This document shows positions 1-8,581 of a DNA stretch of 32,000 bases, one piece after another. How positions within the stretch are numbered: the first letter of the stretch is position 1; each line of letters opens with the position of its first letter. The notes beneath the pieces are model-generated. The model was not told the origin of the DNA. It was given only the letters and a program-made list of their open reading frames with translations, and ran no database searches. The DNA is from Candidatus Pacearchaeota archaeon (lineage in GTDB: Archaea; Nanobdellota; Nanobdellia; Pacearchaeales; UBA284): positions 330,001 to 362,000 of the forward strand of contig CP061211.1 of the NCBI GenBank assembly GCA_026016245.1, read 5' to 3'. Made by a program: the position numbers and the translations under genes.

Positions 1-1057
1 AAGCATTACACATCCTATCTTCCTCTTCCTCAATTGTTACAGAAACACCATAGCATTTTTCAACATCAATGCTGACATCATATTTCTTTAAGACTTTACC
101 ATAATCAGTTAGAATTTCAATATTAACTGAGAAGTTTCCTTCTGTCATATAAGGTGGCCTTGCAATAATATTAAAAGTTTTCTCTTCTCCCTCTGCCACA
201 TTAAGTGTTTTTTGATCAAGAGTTGTCCAGGATGGACCATACATATTAATTCTATATATATTATCTCTTGTTCCTAAATTCCTGATTTTTATAGGAATAC
301 TAAGTTCCTCAGCCTCACACATCCTATAATAGATCTTCTCACTACTTAGGGTATAATCATAACAAGAAACAATCTCTATGTTAGCCACTTTGTTTGCCTG
401 AGCATAAGGACTCTCAGATGTAACAACAAAATTTACCTCATAAGTCCCAGCAACATTACAGGGTGTTAATACATAAACTTCAATATCTGTTTCTGTACAG
501 CTTGCTAGTGTTACAGATTCTGAAGAAAGACTTATCCAATCTGCAGCTGGTCCTTCAACTATTATGTCATAATTTTCTAGATAATTACCCATATTATTAA
601 TATTTAATAATATAGTTTCTTCTTCGCAAGCACAAATCATGAGTGTTTCAGGTTCAACACTTAAAATAGTATTATGACAATTTTCTACTATCACATTATG
701 TTCAACTGTTTTTATGTTTCCATTAGCTTTTTCCACAGTTATTTTAAGCTTGTAATTGCCTGGGGTAACTTGACTGGAAGGAGTAATATAAGAATAAATT
801 GATTGAGCCTGGCCTCCTTCAAGCCAGAATCCTGTTGGAACACTTGTTGTGAATGTTGCTGCTGTTCCTTCTACTGTTACTGTAAATGCACCTGCTGTTG
901 ATGCTGTTACAATATCTTCAATAACAATAGTAGAAGAAGGACAGACAGTGTTAGTTGTAATATTAGAGGTTATAGTAAATGCAGATGCTTGTGTTAAAGC
1001 AAATACAAATACAAACAAAAACATCAAAAACAATAATGTTGACCTTAACCTTTCCAT
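1..1057 (-). CDS. Secreted Cys-containing repeat surface protein (CARDB/NEW3-like, S-layer type); 3' end lies outside the window
   Basis: Absent from the ORF track because it runs off the window. Hand translation of the minus strand from ATG 1057..1055 gives MERLRSTLLFLMFLFVFVFALTQASAFTITSNITTNTVCPSS..., a signal-peptide-like N-terminus. The frame stays open to base 1 (...IEILTDYGKVLKKYDVSIDVEKCYGVSVTIEEEEDRMCNA). It contains repeating Cys-bracketed blocks such as IRNLGTRDNIYRINMYGPSWTTLDQKTLNVAEGEEKTFNIIARPP. The + strand ORF 849..1142 is its antisense shadow. Confidence 0.65.
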   Translation of the reverse strand, partial: MERLRSTLLFLMFLFVFVFALTQASAFTITSNITTNTVCPSSTIVIEDIVTASTAGAFTVTVEGTAATFTTSVPTGFWLEGGQAQSIYSYITPSSQVTPGNYKLKITVEKANGNIKTVEHNVIVENCHNTILSVEPETLMICACEEETILLNINNMGNYLENYDIIVEGPAADWISLSSESVTLASCTETDIEVYVLTPCNVAGTYEVNFVVTSESPYAQANKVANIEIVSCYDYTLSSEKIYYRMCEAEELSIPIKIRNLGTRDNIYRINMYGPSWTTLDQKTLNVAEGEEKTFNIIARPPYMTEGNFSVNIEILTDYGKVLKKYDVSIDVEKCYGVSVTIEEEEDRMCNA

Positions 1058-1157
1058 TTTATTGTCGCTATGTTGTTACTTAAAAAGAGAAAGTGAGTAT
1101 ATAAACTTTTTTGTGGTTAAATATAACATTTATAAGATATAAAAAAAGAAAAAAATC

Positions 1158-1898
1158 TTATTTAGCAATTTCCCAAAGCAATTCAAAATAATTTAGAAAG
1201 CTTTTAACTACATCTTTACTTTCTAAAACAAAACCAATTGGATTTATATCCCAAATGATTATAGCAACTTTATTTCCGTAAACTATTGTTGTTGCTGGAA
1301 ATTCAAATTTTTCTGGCAAAAATCTAACTTCAACTAATTTTTGTTCTTTTGTTGGTCTTTTTCCTTTCAACTTAATATTATAAATTATCTTGTAGTTTAT
1401 TTTTGCTTTAATTCTTCTTTTCTGCCAATTATCAAAATACCATTTGAAAATTTCTTTGAACCTGCCCTCAGCTCCAAAAGCAACAAAATCTTTCTTTGTT
1501 TTTAGGATATCTTCAAGAATATTTTTAATTCCCTCTTTACCAATAAATATCCTAACTTCCTGCTTTTCAGTTGCTATTTTTTGTCTTTTAATTAATTCTG
1601 GTAAAATTTTTTTAATTTCTAATTTATCTTCTTTAATTTTATGCTCTTTGCTTTCTAAAATTTGTAAAATTCTTTCTGGATTTTCAGAATTGAAATATTT
1701 CTTGTTGTTTTTTATAATAAAGCTAACTAATCCAAGATCAATAAGCTTGTCAAGAATATCATAAATATAACTTCTATGCAATCCTGTTTTCTTTACAAGA
1801 TCACTTACTGTTGCTGTGCCTATTTCAAGCAAAGTTAGATAGACTTTTCTATCATTTTTCGTTAATCCAATTTTTTCTAATATTTGAATATCTGTCAT
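1158..1898 (-). CDS. TrmB-family transcriptional regulator (N-terminal winged HTH)
   Basis: N-terminus LEKIGLTKNDRKVYLTLLEIGTATVSDLVKKTGLHRSYIYDILDKLIDLGLVSF is the classic TrmB HTH pattern. It is a full-length paralog of 29660..30370 (shared C-terminus ATT.(I/V)YGNK(V/I)...(F/Y)F(E/N)LLW(E/K)IAK). ATG start, with BRE/TATA 23-39 nt upstream. Confidence 0.85.
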   Translation of the reverse strand: MTDIQILEKIGLTKNDRKVYLTLLEIGTATVSDLVKKTGLHRSYIYDILDKLIDLGLVSFIIKNNKKYFNSENPERILQILESKEHKIKEDKLEIKKILPELIKRQKIATEKQEVRIFIGKEGIKNILEDILKTKKDFVAFGAEGRFKEIFKWYFDNWQKRRIKAKINYKIIYNIKLKGKRPTKEQKLVEVRFLPEKFEFPATTIVYGNKVAIIIWDINPIGFVLESKDVVKSFLNYFELLWEIAK

Positions 1899-1921
1899 AT
1901 ATTTATATTATCTTTTGCTTA

Positions 1922-1937
1922 TTTATAAATCTTGCGA
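1922..1937 (-). promoter_or_regulatory. BRE/TATA promoter of the TrmB-family gene (leaderless spacing)
   Basis: The minus strand reads CGCAAGA-TTTATAAAT. The TATA centre lies about 28 nt upstream of ATG 1898. ATTTATAAAT is itself palindromic. Confidence 0.45.
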
Positions 1938-2027
1938 AATTGTCGTAAGTAACTATGCTGGCAAATATTTAAATATAAACTATTAATGATATTACTATAA
2001 AGTGAATAAATAATAGGGGATATAAAA

Positions 2028-2855
2028 ATGAATACACGTAAAATAGGGATATTGCTAGGAAAACCAATTGGAGCAGTGAAAGACCCCTTTAGGAATAAGT
2101 ATCACTATTATTATGATGGTAAGGAAATTTATTTGTGGGGTGAATTGGGGATTATAGAGGATTATTTTGATGGTAGAAACGTTAATTTTAGTGAAGTTGA
2201 GAATACAGCTAAAAAGGATGGTTTAACTCTTAGAGAAATTTATCACTTTCCTCCTTTCGAAGCAACAATAATAGAACATGTGATAGGAGAAGCACTTTCA
2301 CATCAAGTGCCCTTAAACAAAGCTGAAGAATTATATATAAAAAGGGTGATTGAATACCGTAAAAGAAGAAAAGAAGAAGAAAAGAAAAAAGAAGAATTAG
2401 TAAAAAGTCTACAACCTAAAATATCTAAATTAAGAAAAAAATTAGAAGAAATTGTAAAAAAAGAATTTAAAGGATTCTCTAAAGCGGAAAAGGATGAGGA
2501 GATAGTGTTTTCTTGTTGTGGTAAGGAATTACTTCCGCTCATGGAACCCTATACGACTGTTTCGTGGCCAAAGATATTTAAAGGCTACATTAAAAAAGAA
2601 CCAGTATTTACAAGAATTGAACTAACAAAAAGAACAAAAAATGAAATAAAAACGATTGATGTAATTTACTATAAAAACATGGCTATTACATTTAAGTCAG
2701 AAAAAAGGTTGCTAGCCATGGATAAGTTTGCAAGATTTTTAATAGCATATCAACGAACAGATTTCGAAAAAGCTGTAGAAGATTTTAACAGAGACAAGTA
2801 TTGGAATTCAGATAATTACAAAATCAAAGATTTAGAGATAACTAAAATCAAATGA
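2028..2855 (+). CDS. Hypothetical protein (central Lys/Glu-rich coiled-coil segment), first gene of a 3-gene operon
   Basis: 275-aa ORF with an ATG start preceded by AGGGG 8 nt upstream. It has a KRRKEEEKKKEELVKSLQPKISKLRKKLEEIVKKE segment. No signal peptide and no motif I recognise. Confidence 0.6.
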   Translation: MNTRKIGILLGKPIGAVKDPFRNKYHYYYDGKEIYLWGELGIIEDYFDGRNVNFSEVENTAKKDGLTLREIYHFPPFEATIIEHVIGEALSHQVPLNKAEELYIKRVIEYRKRRKEEEKKKEELVKSLQPKISKLRKKLEEIVKKEFKGFSKAEKDEEIVFSCCGKELLPLMEPYTTVSWPKIFKGYIKKEPVFTRIELTKRTKNEIKTIDVIYYKNMAITFKSEKRLLAMDKFARFLIAYQRTDFEKAVEDFNRDKYWNSDNYKIKDLEITKIK

Positions 2856-2861
2856 AATAAA

Positions 2862-3755
2862 ATGGAAAAAGAATATGATAATGGAAGAACAAGAGGAAAT
2901 AAAATAAGAGATTTAGTTAAAGAGAATCTTGGTCTAGAAATTTTAGTTAAAAGGAACATGGATGAAGAAATGATAATAACAAACCCTTCATTTCATGTGG
3001 GAGCTTCAGCTATTACAGCAATCGAACTTGCCAAAGCATTCGAAGAAGCTTATAAAGGAGATTCAATTTCTGCAGCAGTCGAATTTTCCTCGGCACTTCA
3101 TAAAGGGGGGGTCCCAGCTATTGCAGCGATCGAATTTGCCAAAGAAAAGGGAAAGATACTCGTGCCAAATATCTTGGCGGATTATATTATTACAGAACCA
3201 AGTCAATGGATTAGTGTTGCGAAGGATTGCTGCATCTGCAATGCATCGCCGTTTTGGACAGGAACAATGACTGCTTATCGCGAACCAGATAAGAGATTAG
3301 GATCAGCAATTGAGTATGAAGATACAAAATCAAAAATTAAATGGATATTTCCAATTCCAGCTGAATTTAGAAAAATGAAAAATACCATTCTTGCTGTAGA
3401 ATACCCCCATTATAAACTTAAAGTATGGAGAGATCAATATGAGGATAATAGAATAACAGTTCTTACAGAGAGAAATAAGATTATTCCAGTGGAGAACTTT
3501 CCAAAAAAAGAAGGATGGTACAACTTTGATAAAAATACTGGAATACCAATTAGTGTAGGGGGTACATTGTTCAAAGGCCGAAGGTATTTGGATAGACGTG
3601 GTAAGAGAGTCGGACCTTTGGCCCGTTATGGTTTTGACTCTCACACTTTCGGTCCCGGCAAAGAGACTATTGATGCCCAATGTCGCCCATCTGTTTGCAA
3701 GGGAGTATTGGTGATCAGTCATGAAGCCTATTACAAACTAGAAGGTAAAAAATGA
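2862..3755 (+). CDS. Hypothetical protein with three internal A-I-E-(L/F)-A-K-type repeats and a G+C-rich C-terminal region
   Basis: 297-aa ORF starting 6 nt after the previous stop. Repeats: SAITAIELAKAFEEA / SAAVEFSSALHKG / PAIAAIEFAKEKG, also visible in the DNA (gctattacagcaatcgaacttgccaaag vs gctattgcagcgatcgaatttgccaaag). No recognisable family. Confidence 0.6.
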   Translation: MEKEYDNGRTRGNKIRDLVKENLGLEILVKRNMDEEMIITNPSFHVGASAITAIELAKAFEEAYKGDSISAAVEFSSALHKGGVPAIAAIEFAKEKGKILVPNILADYIITEPSQWISVAKDCCICNASPFWTGTMTAYREPDKRLGSAIEYEDTKSKIKWIFPIPAEFRKMKNTILAVEYPHYKLKVWRDQYEDNRITVLTERNKIIPVENFPKKEGWYNFDKNTGIPISVGGTLFKGRRYLDRRGKRVGPLARYGFDSHTFGPGKETIDAQCRPSVCKGVLVISHEAYYKLEGKK

Positions 3756-4333
3756 AAAACAATCTAATTACAAAATTAGAGGGAATTGGAGCTGAAAATA
3801 TTTATTATGGGGACGGAAGGTATGATGAGGAAAAAAAGATGCTAGAAGAGATGTCTAATGCCAATGATCCTACATTTTTGAAAGCACGGCTCCCCATAAA
3901 CTTTACTTATAAATCTAAGAAAGTCAAATGGCTTACTTACTACGACCCCTCCATAAGGGAGTTTAAAGAAAAGGAACGTTCTTTTTACTATCAAACTAAT
4001 CCGCCTCTTTTTTTAGATTACAGCAAACAATGGAATTCATTAAAAGATCTGGAGAAAAGACTAAATAATTTTATAAGAAAAAAACTTAAAGAAATTGATG
4101 CCCATCTAGAGATTGGTGGGAAATATATTTTTGAGAAACATTATAGTAAGCATATAAATATTAAAATCCAATTAGAAGAGTTTCTTTCATTTATTAGATC
4201 TTATGAGGATATTAGAGAAAAAATAGATAGCAAAACAAAAGAAATAGAGAAAGAGTTTAATAGAAGGGTACGCAAAAATTTAATTCCTTATTTTTCTAAA
4301 CTTAAAGAAAAAGTGAATAAAATGGAGATTTGA
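3752..4333 (+). CDS. Hypothetical protein, third gene of the operon
   Basis: 193-aa ORF whose ATGA overlap with the upstream stop indicates translational coupling. Lys/Glu-rich helical C-terminal half. No recognisable motif. Confidence 0.55.
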   Translation: MKNNLITKLEGIGAENIYYGDGRYDEEKKMLEEMSNANDPTFLKARLPINFTYKSKKVKWLTYYDPSIREFKEKERSFYYQTNPPLFLDYSKQWNSLKDLEKRLNNFIRKKLKEIDAHLEIGGKYIFEKHYSKHINIKIQLEEFLSFIRSYEDIREKIDSKTKEIEKEFNRRVRKNLIPYFSKLKEKVNKMEI

Positions 4334-4434
4334 GAGATGGAATAAGTTCCTTCGGAAGAGTTTAAAAAGAAAAATAAAAAAACATTAAATAAAAAATTTA
4401 GTTTTTGAGTTCTCGGCTTTCTTTTGGTTTAGGC

Positions 4435-5832
4435 TTAATAGTAACTCTCTTCTACTTCTGCTTTTTCTGCACTCTTTCTGGTTGTCAAAAGTAAGATCAA
4501 TAAGACAATGATTGCTGCAGCAAGGATTATACCAACAATTGTTAGTATAGTTTTAAGATCTCCTATTCCTTTGCCTTCTTCTTTTACAACGTTAGCAACC
4601 ATACTGTATTGTTCACTTTTACTGTCATGCTCTATCTTAACACTAAAGATATGCTCGCCTTCAACTGCATTTTCAGAGACAGCAACATAGACATTAACTA
4701 TCTTGCTCTCACCTGGCCTTAAGCTAAAAGCTTGTGGGTTGATTGTTACTTCTGCCCAACCTGCACATGCAGTTTCTCCACAACCACCTTCAGTCCCTAG
4801 AGCACTTACAATAAAATCTTCAGTCTCATCACCAAAGTTTGCGACAAGAAGTGTGTAAACAGCTCCCTTACCTAATTCAATCTCATTACTTGTTATCTGA
4901 GGAACTATCTCTACTTCCCCTTCTTCATATTCCTTTTCTTTCTTTCCAGGACCTTCTATAATAACATCTCTGAATTCTATATCAGAAACCTCATCATTGT
5001 AGGCCTTGACTTCAAGAGTATGAATTCCTGCATAAGCATCTAAAGGTATTATTAGAGCAACAGTAACAGTTTTTGCATCTTCATCATCGTCATCATCGCT
5101 TGCCTCTAAATCACCAAGATAGATTGTTCTTTCAATACAGAGCTCATTCAAGCTAACTCTCACATAAACATCTTCTGCTTCATGATTTCCTCTATTCTTG
5201 ACTGCAACATCTACATAAAGAGTTGTTCCAGCCTCGAAAGTCATTGTACATCCACCACAAGAACCATAGTAATTACCAGAATCATAAAGTTCCACAGACA
5301 TTATCTCAATCCAGTTAGCTATTCTTTGAATCTCTGTTTCAATATCTGCTTCATCAGTTCCACTCAAACCATGTTTTTGTTGGATATCTACATGTAAAGT
5401 ATATGTGTCTCTTGCATCTATATTCTTAGGGATGAAAAGATCAAGAGTCTTAGTGTATGTTTTTCCTTCAAAAACATCAAATAAAGATGTCTCTGCTTCA
5501 ATATCATCGTGATAACCACCTATCCATGCTTTAACTTTTGTCTCTTCAAAATCATCATTGGCAATAAAACTAACTTTAATCTCTGCATTCTCTTCTCTCT
5601 CTAGAGCTGGAGTTTCATATTGGTTTATTACACAATGCCATCTGTCTTCTGTTGGTGTAGGGTCATAATAACAATAACCATACCAAACCATTTCTCCATT
5701 CACATAGACAGTCATCTCATCTATGTCTGGTAAGCTGTATTCATACCAATCATCTGCCCTTGCATTAGAAAGCAAAAATACTGAAAACAATGCGACAACC
5801 AAAATAAAAGCCAAAATAAATTTAGTTTTCAT
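4435..5832 (-). CDS. Membrane-anchored surface protein (signal peptide, CARDB/NEW3-like repeats, C-terminal TM anchor)
   Basis: N-terminus MKTKFILAFILVVALFSVFLLSNARA is signal-peptide-like. C-terminus LKTILTIVGIILAAAIIVLLILLLTTRKS is a TM helix followed by basic residues. It has an acidic stretch EASDDDDDEDAK. Blocks such as VAVKNRGNHEAEDVYVRVSL and TLLVANFGDETEDFIVSA resemble CARDB-type domains. It is similar in style to the 1..1057 product. Confidence 0.75.
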   Translation of the reverse strand: MKTKFILAFILVVALFSVFLLSNARADDWYEYSLPDIDEMTVYVNGEMVWYGYCYYDPTPTEDRWHCVINQYETPALEREENAEIKVSFIANDDFEETKVKAWIGGYHDDIEAETSLFDVFEGKTYTKTLDLFIPKNIDARDTYTLHVDIQQKHGLSGTDEADIETEIQRIANWIEIMSVELYDSGNYYGSCGGCTMTFEAGTTLYVDVAVKNRGNHEAEDVYVRVSLNELCIERTIYLGDLEASDDDDDEDAKTVTVALIIPLDAYAGIHTLEVKAYNDEVSDIEFRDVIIEGPGKKEKEYEEGEVEIVPQITSNEIELGKGAVYTLLVANFGDETEDFIVSALGTEGGCGETACAGWAEVTINPQAFSLRPGESKIVNVYVAVSENAVEGEHIFSVKIEHDSKSEQYSMVANVVKEEGKGIGDLKTILTIVGIILAAAIIVLLILLLTTRKSAEKAEVEESYY

Positions 5833-5993
5833 TTGTTTTTATTTTTTTAGTTTATTTAATTAAAATTTAGACAAATTTAGACAAAATTTTGTCATTATTT
5901 TTGAGTTAAGTTGATTTAAAAAGCTTTCCCCATTATCGACGGTGTTGTTACTAATTGCGGGTAATTTGATTTTTCTTTTTACCGAAGAGGAAA

Positions 5994-6782
5994 TCACTTT
6001 ATAGATTTCCAGACTTTTAGTCCTTTCAAAGAATCTCTGTAAGGATTTGGGCTTTCATTGATTATTGTTATTGATAGGTTGTATCTTTTAATCCATCTCA
6101 AAAGTTCTCTAAGTCTGGATTCTGGTGTAACAAGATGTCTTCTCTCACCAGCTTTTGTCCATTCAATTCCAGAAAAATGTGAATGAATATATGAGAATCT
6201 TTTTATCTTTTCAAAAATTTCTTTGTAATTTATTTTTCCCTGAACACGAGCAAGCATATGGGCAAAATCAATACAAAAATGACATTTAGTCTCTCTAACT
6301 AATTTCAATAATTCATCTAGACTTCCAAATTGACTTGCTTTTCCAGTTGTTTCAGGAGCAAGCTTAACTTTCCATCCCTTCTTTTTAATCACTCTCTGCA
6401 TTTCTTGAATTCCTTTTTTTATGATCTTATAACATTCTTTTTCATTATGTTTACCATAATAACCTGCATGAAAAACTATATACTTAACGCCAAGATAATG
6501 TCCTCTCTCACAACAATCAAGAATTCTTTTTTTACTTGCTTCAATCTTTTTCTTTTCATGAGAAGCTAGATTAATCCAGTAATGAGCATGGATACTTAGT
6601 TTTATATTAAATTTTTTAGTTATTTTTCCAATTTCTTTGGCTTGATTATTATTCATCCATACTTGATAGGTAAAAGGGATTTCTGCTGCCCTTATGTTAT
6701 CTTTATTATATTTTTCTAGGTTTTTTGGAGTTTGTTTTACTCCACCAATTCCTGCGGGACCAAACCTAATCTCTTTTTTCAT
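5994..6782 (-). CDS. AP endonuclease family 2 / endonuclease IV-like TIM-barrel protein
   Basis: 262 aa. The motifs LSIHAHYWINL, YIVFHAGYY, LAPETTGK and IDFAHMLA match the metal-ligand pattern of Nfo-like xylose-isomerase-fold enzymes. Its ATG overlaps the ligase stop (ATGA). Confidence 0.7.
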   Translation of the reverse strand: MKKEIRFGPAGIGGVKQTPKNLEKYNKDNIRAAEIPFTYQVWMNNNQAKEIGKITKKFNIKLSIHAHYWINLASHEKKKIEASKKRILDCCERGHYLGVKYIVFHAGYYGKHNEKECYKIIKKGIQEMQRVIKKKGWKVKLAPETTGKASQFGSLDELLKLVRETKCHFCIDFAHMLARVQGKINYKEIFEKIKRFSYIHSHFSGIEWTKAGERRHLVTPESRLRELLRWIKRYNLSITIINESPNPYRDSLKGLKVWKSIK

Positions 6783-8542
6783 TTTCCTTTAACAAATCTT
6801 ATTGTCTTGACTCTTTTTTGCATCTTAAACATTTTTTCTATTTCTTTTACGCTAGTTGAATCTTCTGGCTTTTTGTCTCTGATCCAACTTTTAATTCTTG
6901 GAAATCTTAGAGCATATCCTGGCTTGTCTTTTGTTTTTCCTGCTGTATGCATCGGACTTTTTGTTATTTCATCAGCCATGACTGTGAAGACATATTTTGG
7001 CTGTGTCCAGACATCTGGTTTTGTTAATGAATCTACTCTAACTGGTTTCTTTTCTATTTTTATCTTGTCTAACAGTTTTCTAATCTCTTGCCATTTTGCT
7101 TCTGTCAAACCACTTCCTATCCTCGCTATTGTCTTGAACATATCTTTCTTTTTATCATAAACACATCCTAATAAAGCGCCTATACCAAATTTTGCTCTCA
7201 TTCCTCTGCCTTTGAAATAACCGACTATACAAACATCCACTGTATCTTGTAGTTTTCCTCTATATGATCTTTTTAACTTTATCCAATTGAAGTTTCTTGC
7301 TCCTGCTTGATATTCTGCTCCTAATCTCTTGGCTATGATGCCTTCTGTTCCTCTCTGGATATTTTCCTCAAAAAATTTCTCAAGTTCTTCTGGTTTGTTT
7401 GTTAAAATTTTTTCAGCTATTCTTATGGTAAATCCTTTCTTAATTATTCTATGTAATATTTTTGTCCTCTCACTATAGGATTTTTGTGTCATGTCTTTAT
7501 TATTGATGTATAGAATATCAAAACTGAACAAAACTAAGGGAGCTTCTTTTGCTCTTTTTTCTATTTCATATTTTCTTTTTCTTGTTATCGTAACTTGGAA
7601 TGGAAAAAATTCTCCAGTTGCTTCATTGAAGGCAACTGCTTCTCCCTCAAGTATAGCTGTTTTTGCTCTAATTTGTTTCTTTATTCCTTGGACAATATCA
7701 GGAAACATGGGGGTCATTATTTCTAGATTTCGAGAAAAAATTTCAATCTTGTCTCCTTTCTTATGTACCTGAAGTCTCAGTCCGTCATATTTTGTCTCGA
7801 CTGCACATTTTCCTATTTTTTTTATTATGTCAGAAGCAGATGGAAGTCTTTCTGCGAGAGCCATTCTTATTGGTGAGCCTATTTGTACTTTGAATGTTTT
7901 TAATCCTTTGACTCCTTTCTTGAATAAAACATCTGCCACTAATCCTAAATCAGAACTTAGATTATATGCCCTTTCAATATCTGGTCTTAATTTCATTCTG
8001 TCACCAGTTATAGCTTTGCTCATTGAATCCATTATTGTTGGATCTCCTATTCCTAATCTTAATCTACCTAAAACAAATCTTACAATGTATTTTGCCTCTT
8101 TAGCTGAAACTTTGCTAAGCAAGCCAGCCAGCATATTAATTTTTCTTTCAACGCTTCCTGCTCCACCTGTTTTTGCTATTTTTAATATAGTATTATAAAC
8201 TTCAATTATTGTCGGAGCTTTAGTTTTGATCAGTGTTCTTTGTTTTTTTGAAAGTTTTTCTGCAGCTATGCCTAGATCACCTGTTTTTTTGTATAATTTT
8301 GATACCTCGCTTGCTGATTTTCCTGAACACTTTGCTATGGATTTCTCAATCATTTTTTCTGCCATTCCAATCTCTATTCCTTTAAATGATGGCAGAAGTT
8401 TTTCTTCACAAAAATAAACAACCTCATCTACCTCTTCCTTGGAAATTTTTTTAAAAAATTGGCTTAGAATTTCAAACATTTCCAAGCGTTTTGTGGTTTT
8501 TTCTAGTTTTTCAAATACTTCGGCTAGTTGTAAAAAGAGCAT
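6779..8542 (-). CDS. lig: ATP-dependent DNA ligase
   Basis: Contains the adenylation motif ETKYDGLRLQVH (KxDG), plus EGIIAKRL, WIKLK and an OB-fold C-terminal region. The track ORF starts at a TTG (8557). The first ATG at 8542 gives MLFLQLAEVFEKLEKTTKRLEM, typical of archaeal ligase N-termini. Confidence 0.93.
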   Translation of the reverse strand: MLFLQLAEVFEKLEKTTKRLEMFEILSQFFKKISKEEVDEVVYFCEEKLLPSFKGIEIGMAEKMIEKSIAKCSGKSASEVSKLYKKTGDLGIAAEKLSKKQRTLIKTKAPTIIEVYNTILKIAKTGGAGSVERKINMLAGLLSKVSAKEAKYIVRFVLGRLRLGIGDPTIMDSMSKAITGDRMKLRPDIERAYNLSSDLGLVADVLFKKGVKGLKTFKVQIGSPIRMALAERLPSASDIIKKIGKCAVETKYDGLRLQVHKKGDKIEIFSRNLEIMTPMFPDIVQGIKKQIRAKTAILEGEAVAFNEATGEFFPFQVTITRKRKYEIEKRAKEAPLVLFSFDILYINNKDMTQKSYSERTKILHRIIKKGFTIRIAEKILTNKPEELEKFFEENIQRGTEGIIAKRLGAEYQAGARNFNWIKLKRSYRGKLQDTVDVCIVGYFKGRGMRAKFGIGALLGCVYDKKKDMFKTIARIGSGLTEAKWQEIRKLLDKIKIEKKPVRVDSLTKPDVWTQPKYVFTVMADEITKSPMHTAGKTKDKPGYALRFPRIKSWIRDKKPEDSTSVKEIEKMFKMQKRVKTIRFVKGK

Positions 8543-8581
8543 GAAAATTAAAGGCAAGGGGGTTTTTTAGATTTTTCTTTA

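Noticed and set aside
849-1142. 97-aa + strand ORF. The same applies to similar track ORFs at 1444..1764, 2303..2542, 3330..3722, 4508..4690, 5182..5397, 6330..6569, 6732..7160, 7491..8417, 8982..9290, 10541..10792, 12822..13847, 15248..15466, 15400..15681, 16060..17166, 18314..18514, 18585..18767, 20193..21275, 21272..21535, 23805..24170, 25927..26253, 28481..28768, 29126..29344, 30359..30574, 31062..31533 and 2995..3270
   Set aside because: All lie antisense to, or in alternative frames of, longer ORFs with recognisable motifs. They have the Ser/Phe/Leu/Ile-rich low-complexity composition expected from reading AT-rich Lys/Glu-rich genes in the wrong frame.
3540-3720. The G+C-rich 3' part of the 2862..3755 gene as a second, remote VR of the DGR
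   Set aside because: I found no alignable similarity to the TR (27923..28007). The flanking invariant blocks TGGTTC and AGGGTGTTTGG are absent.
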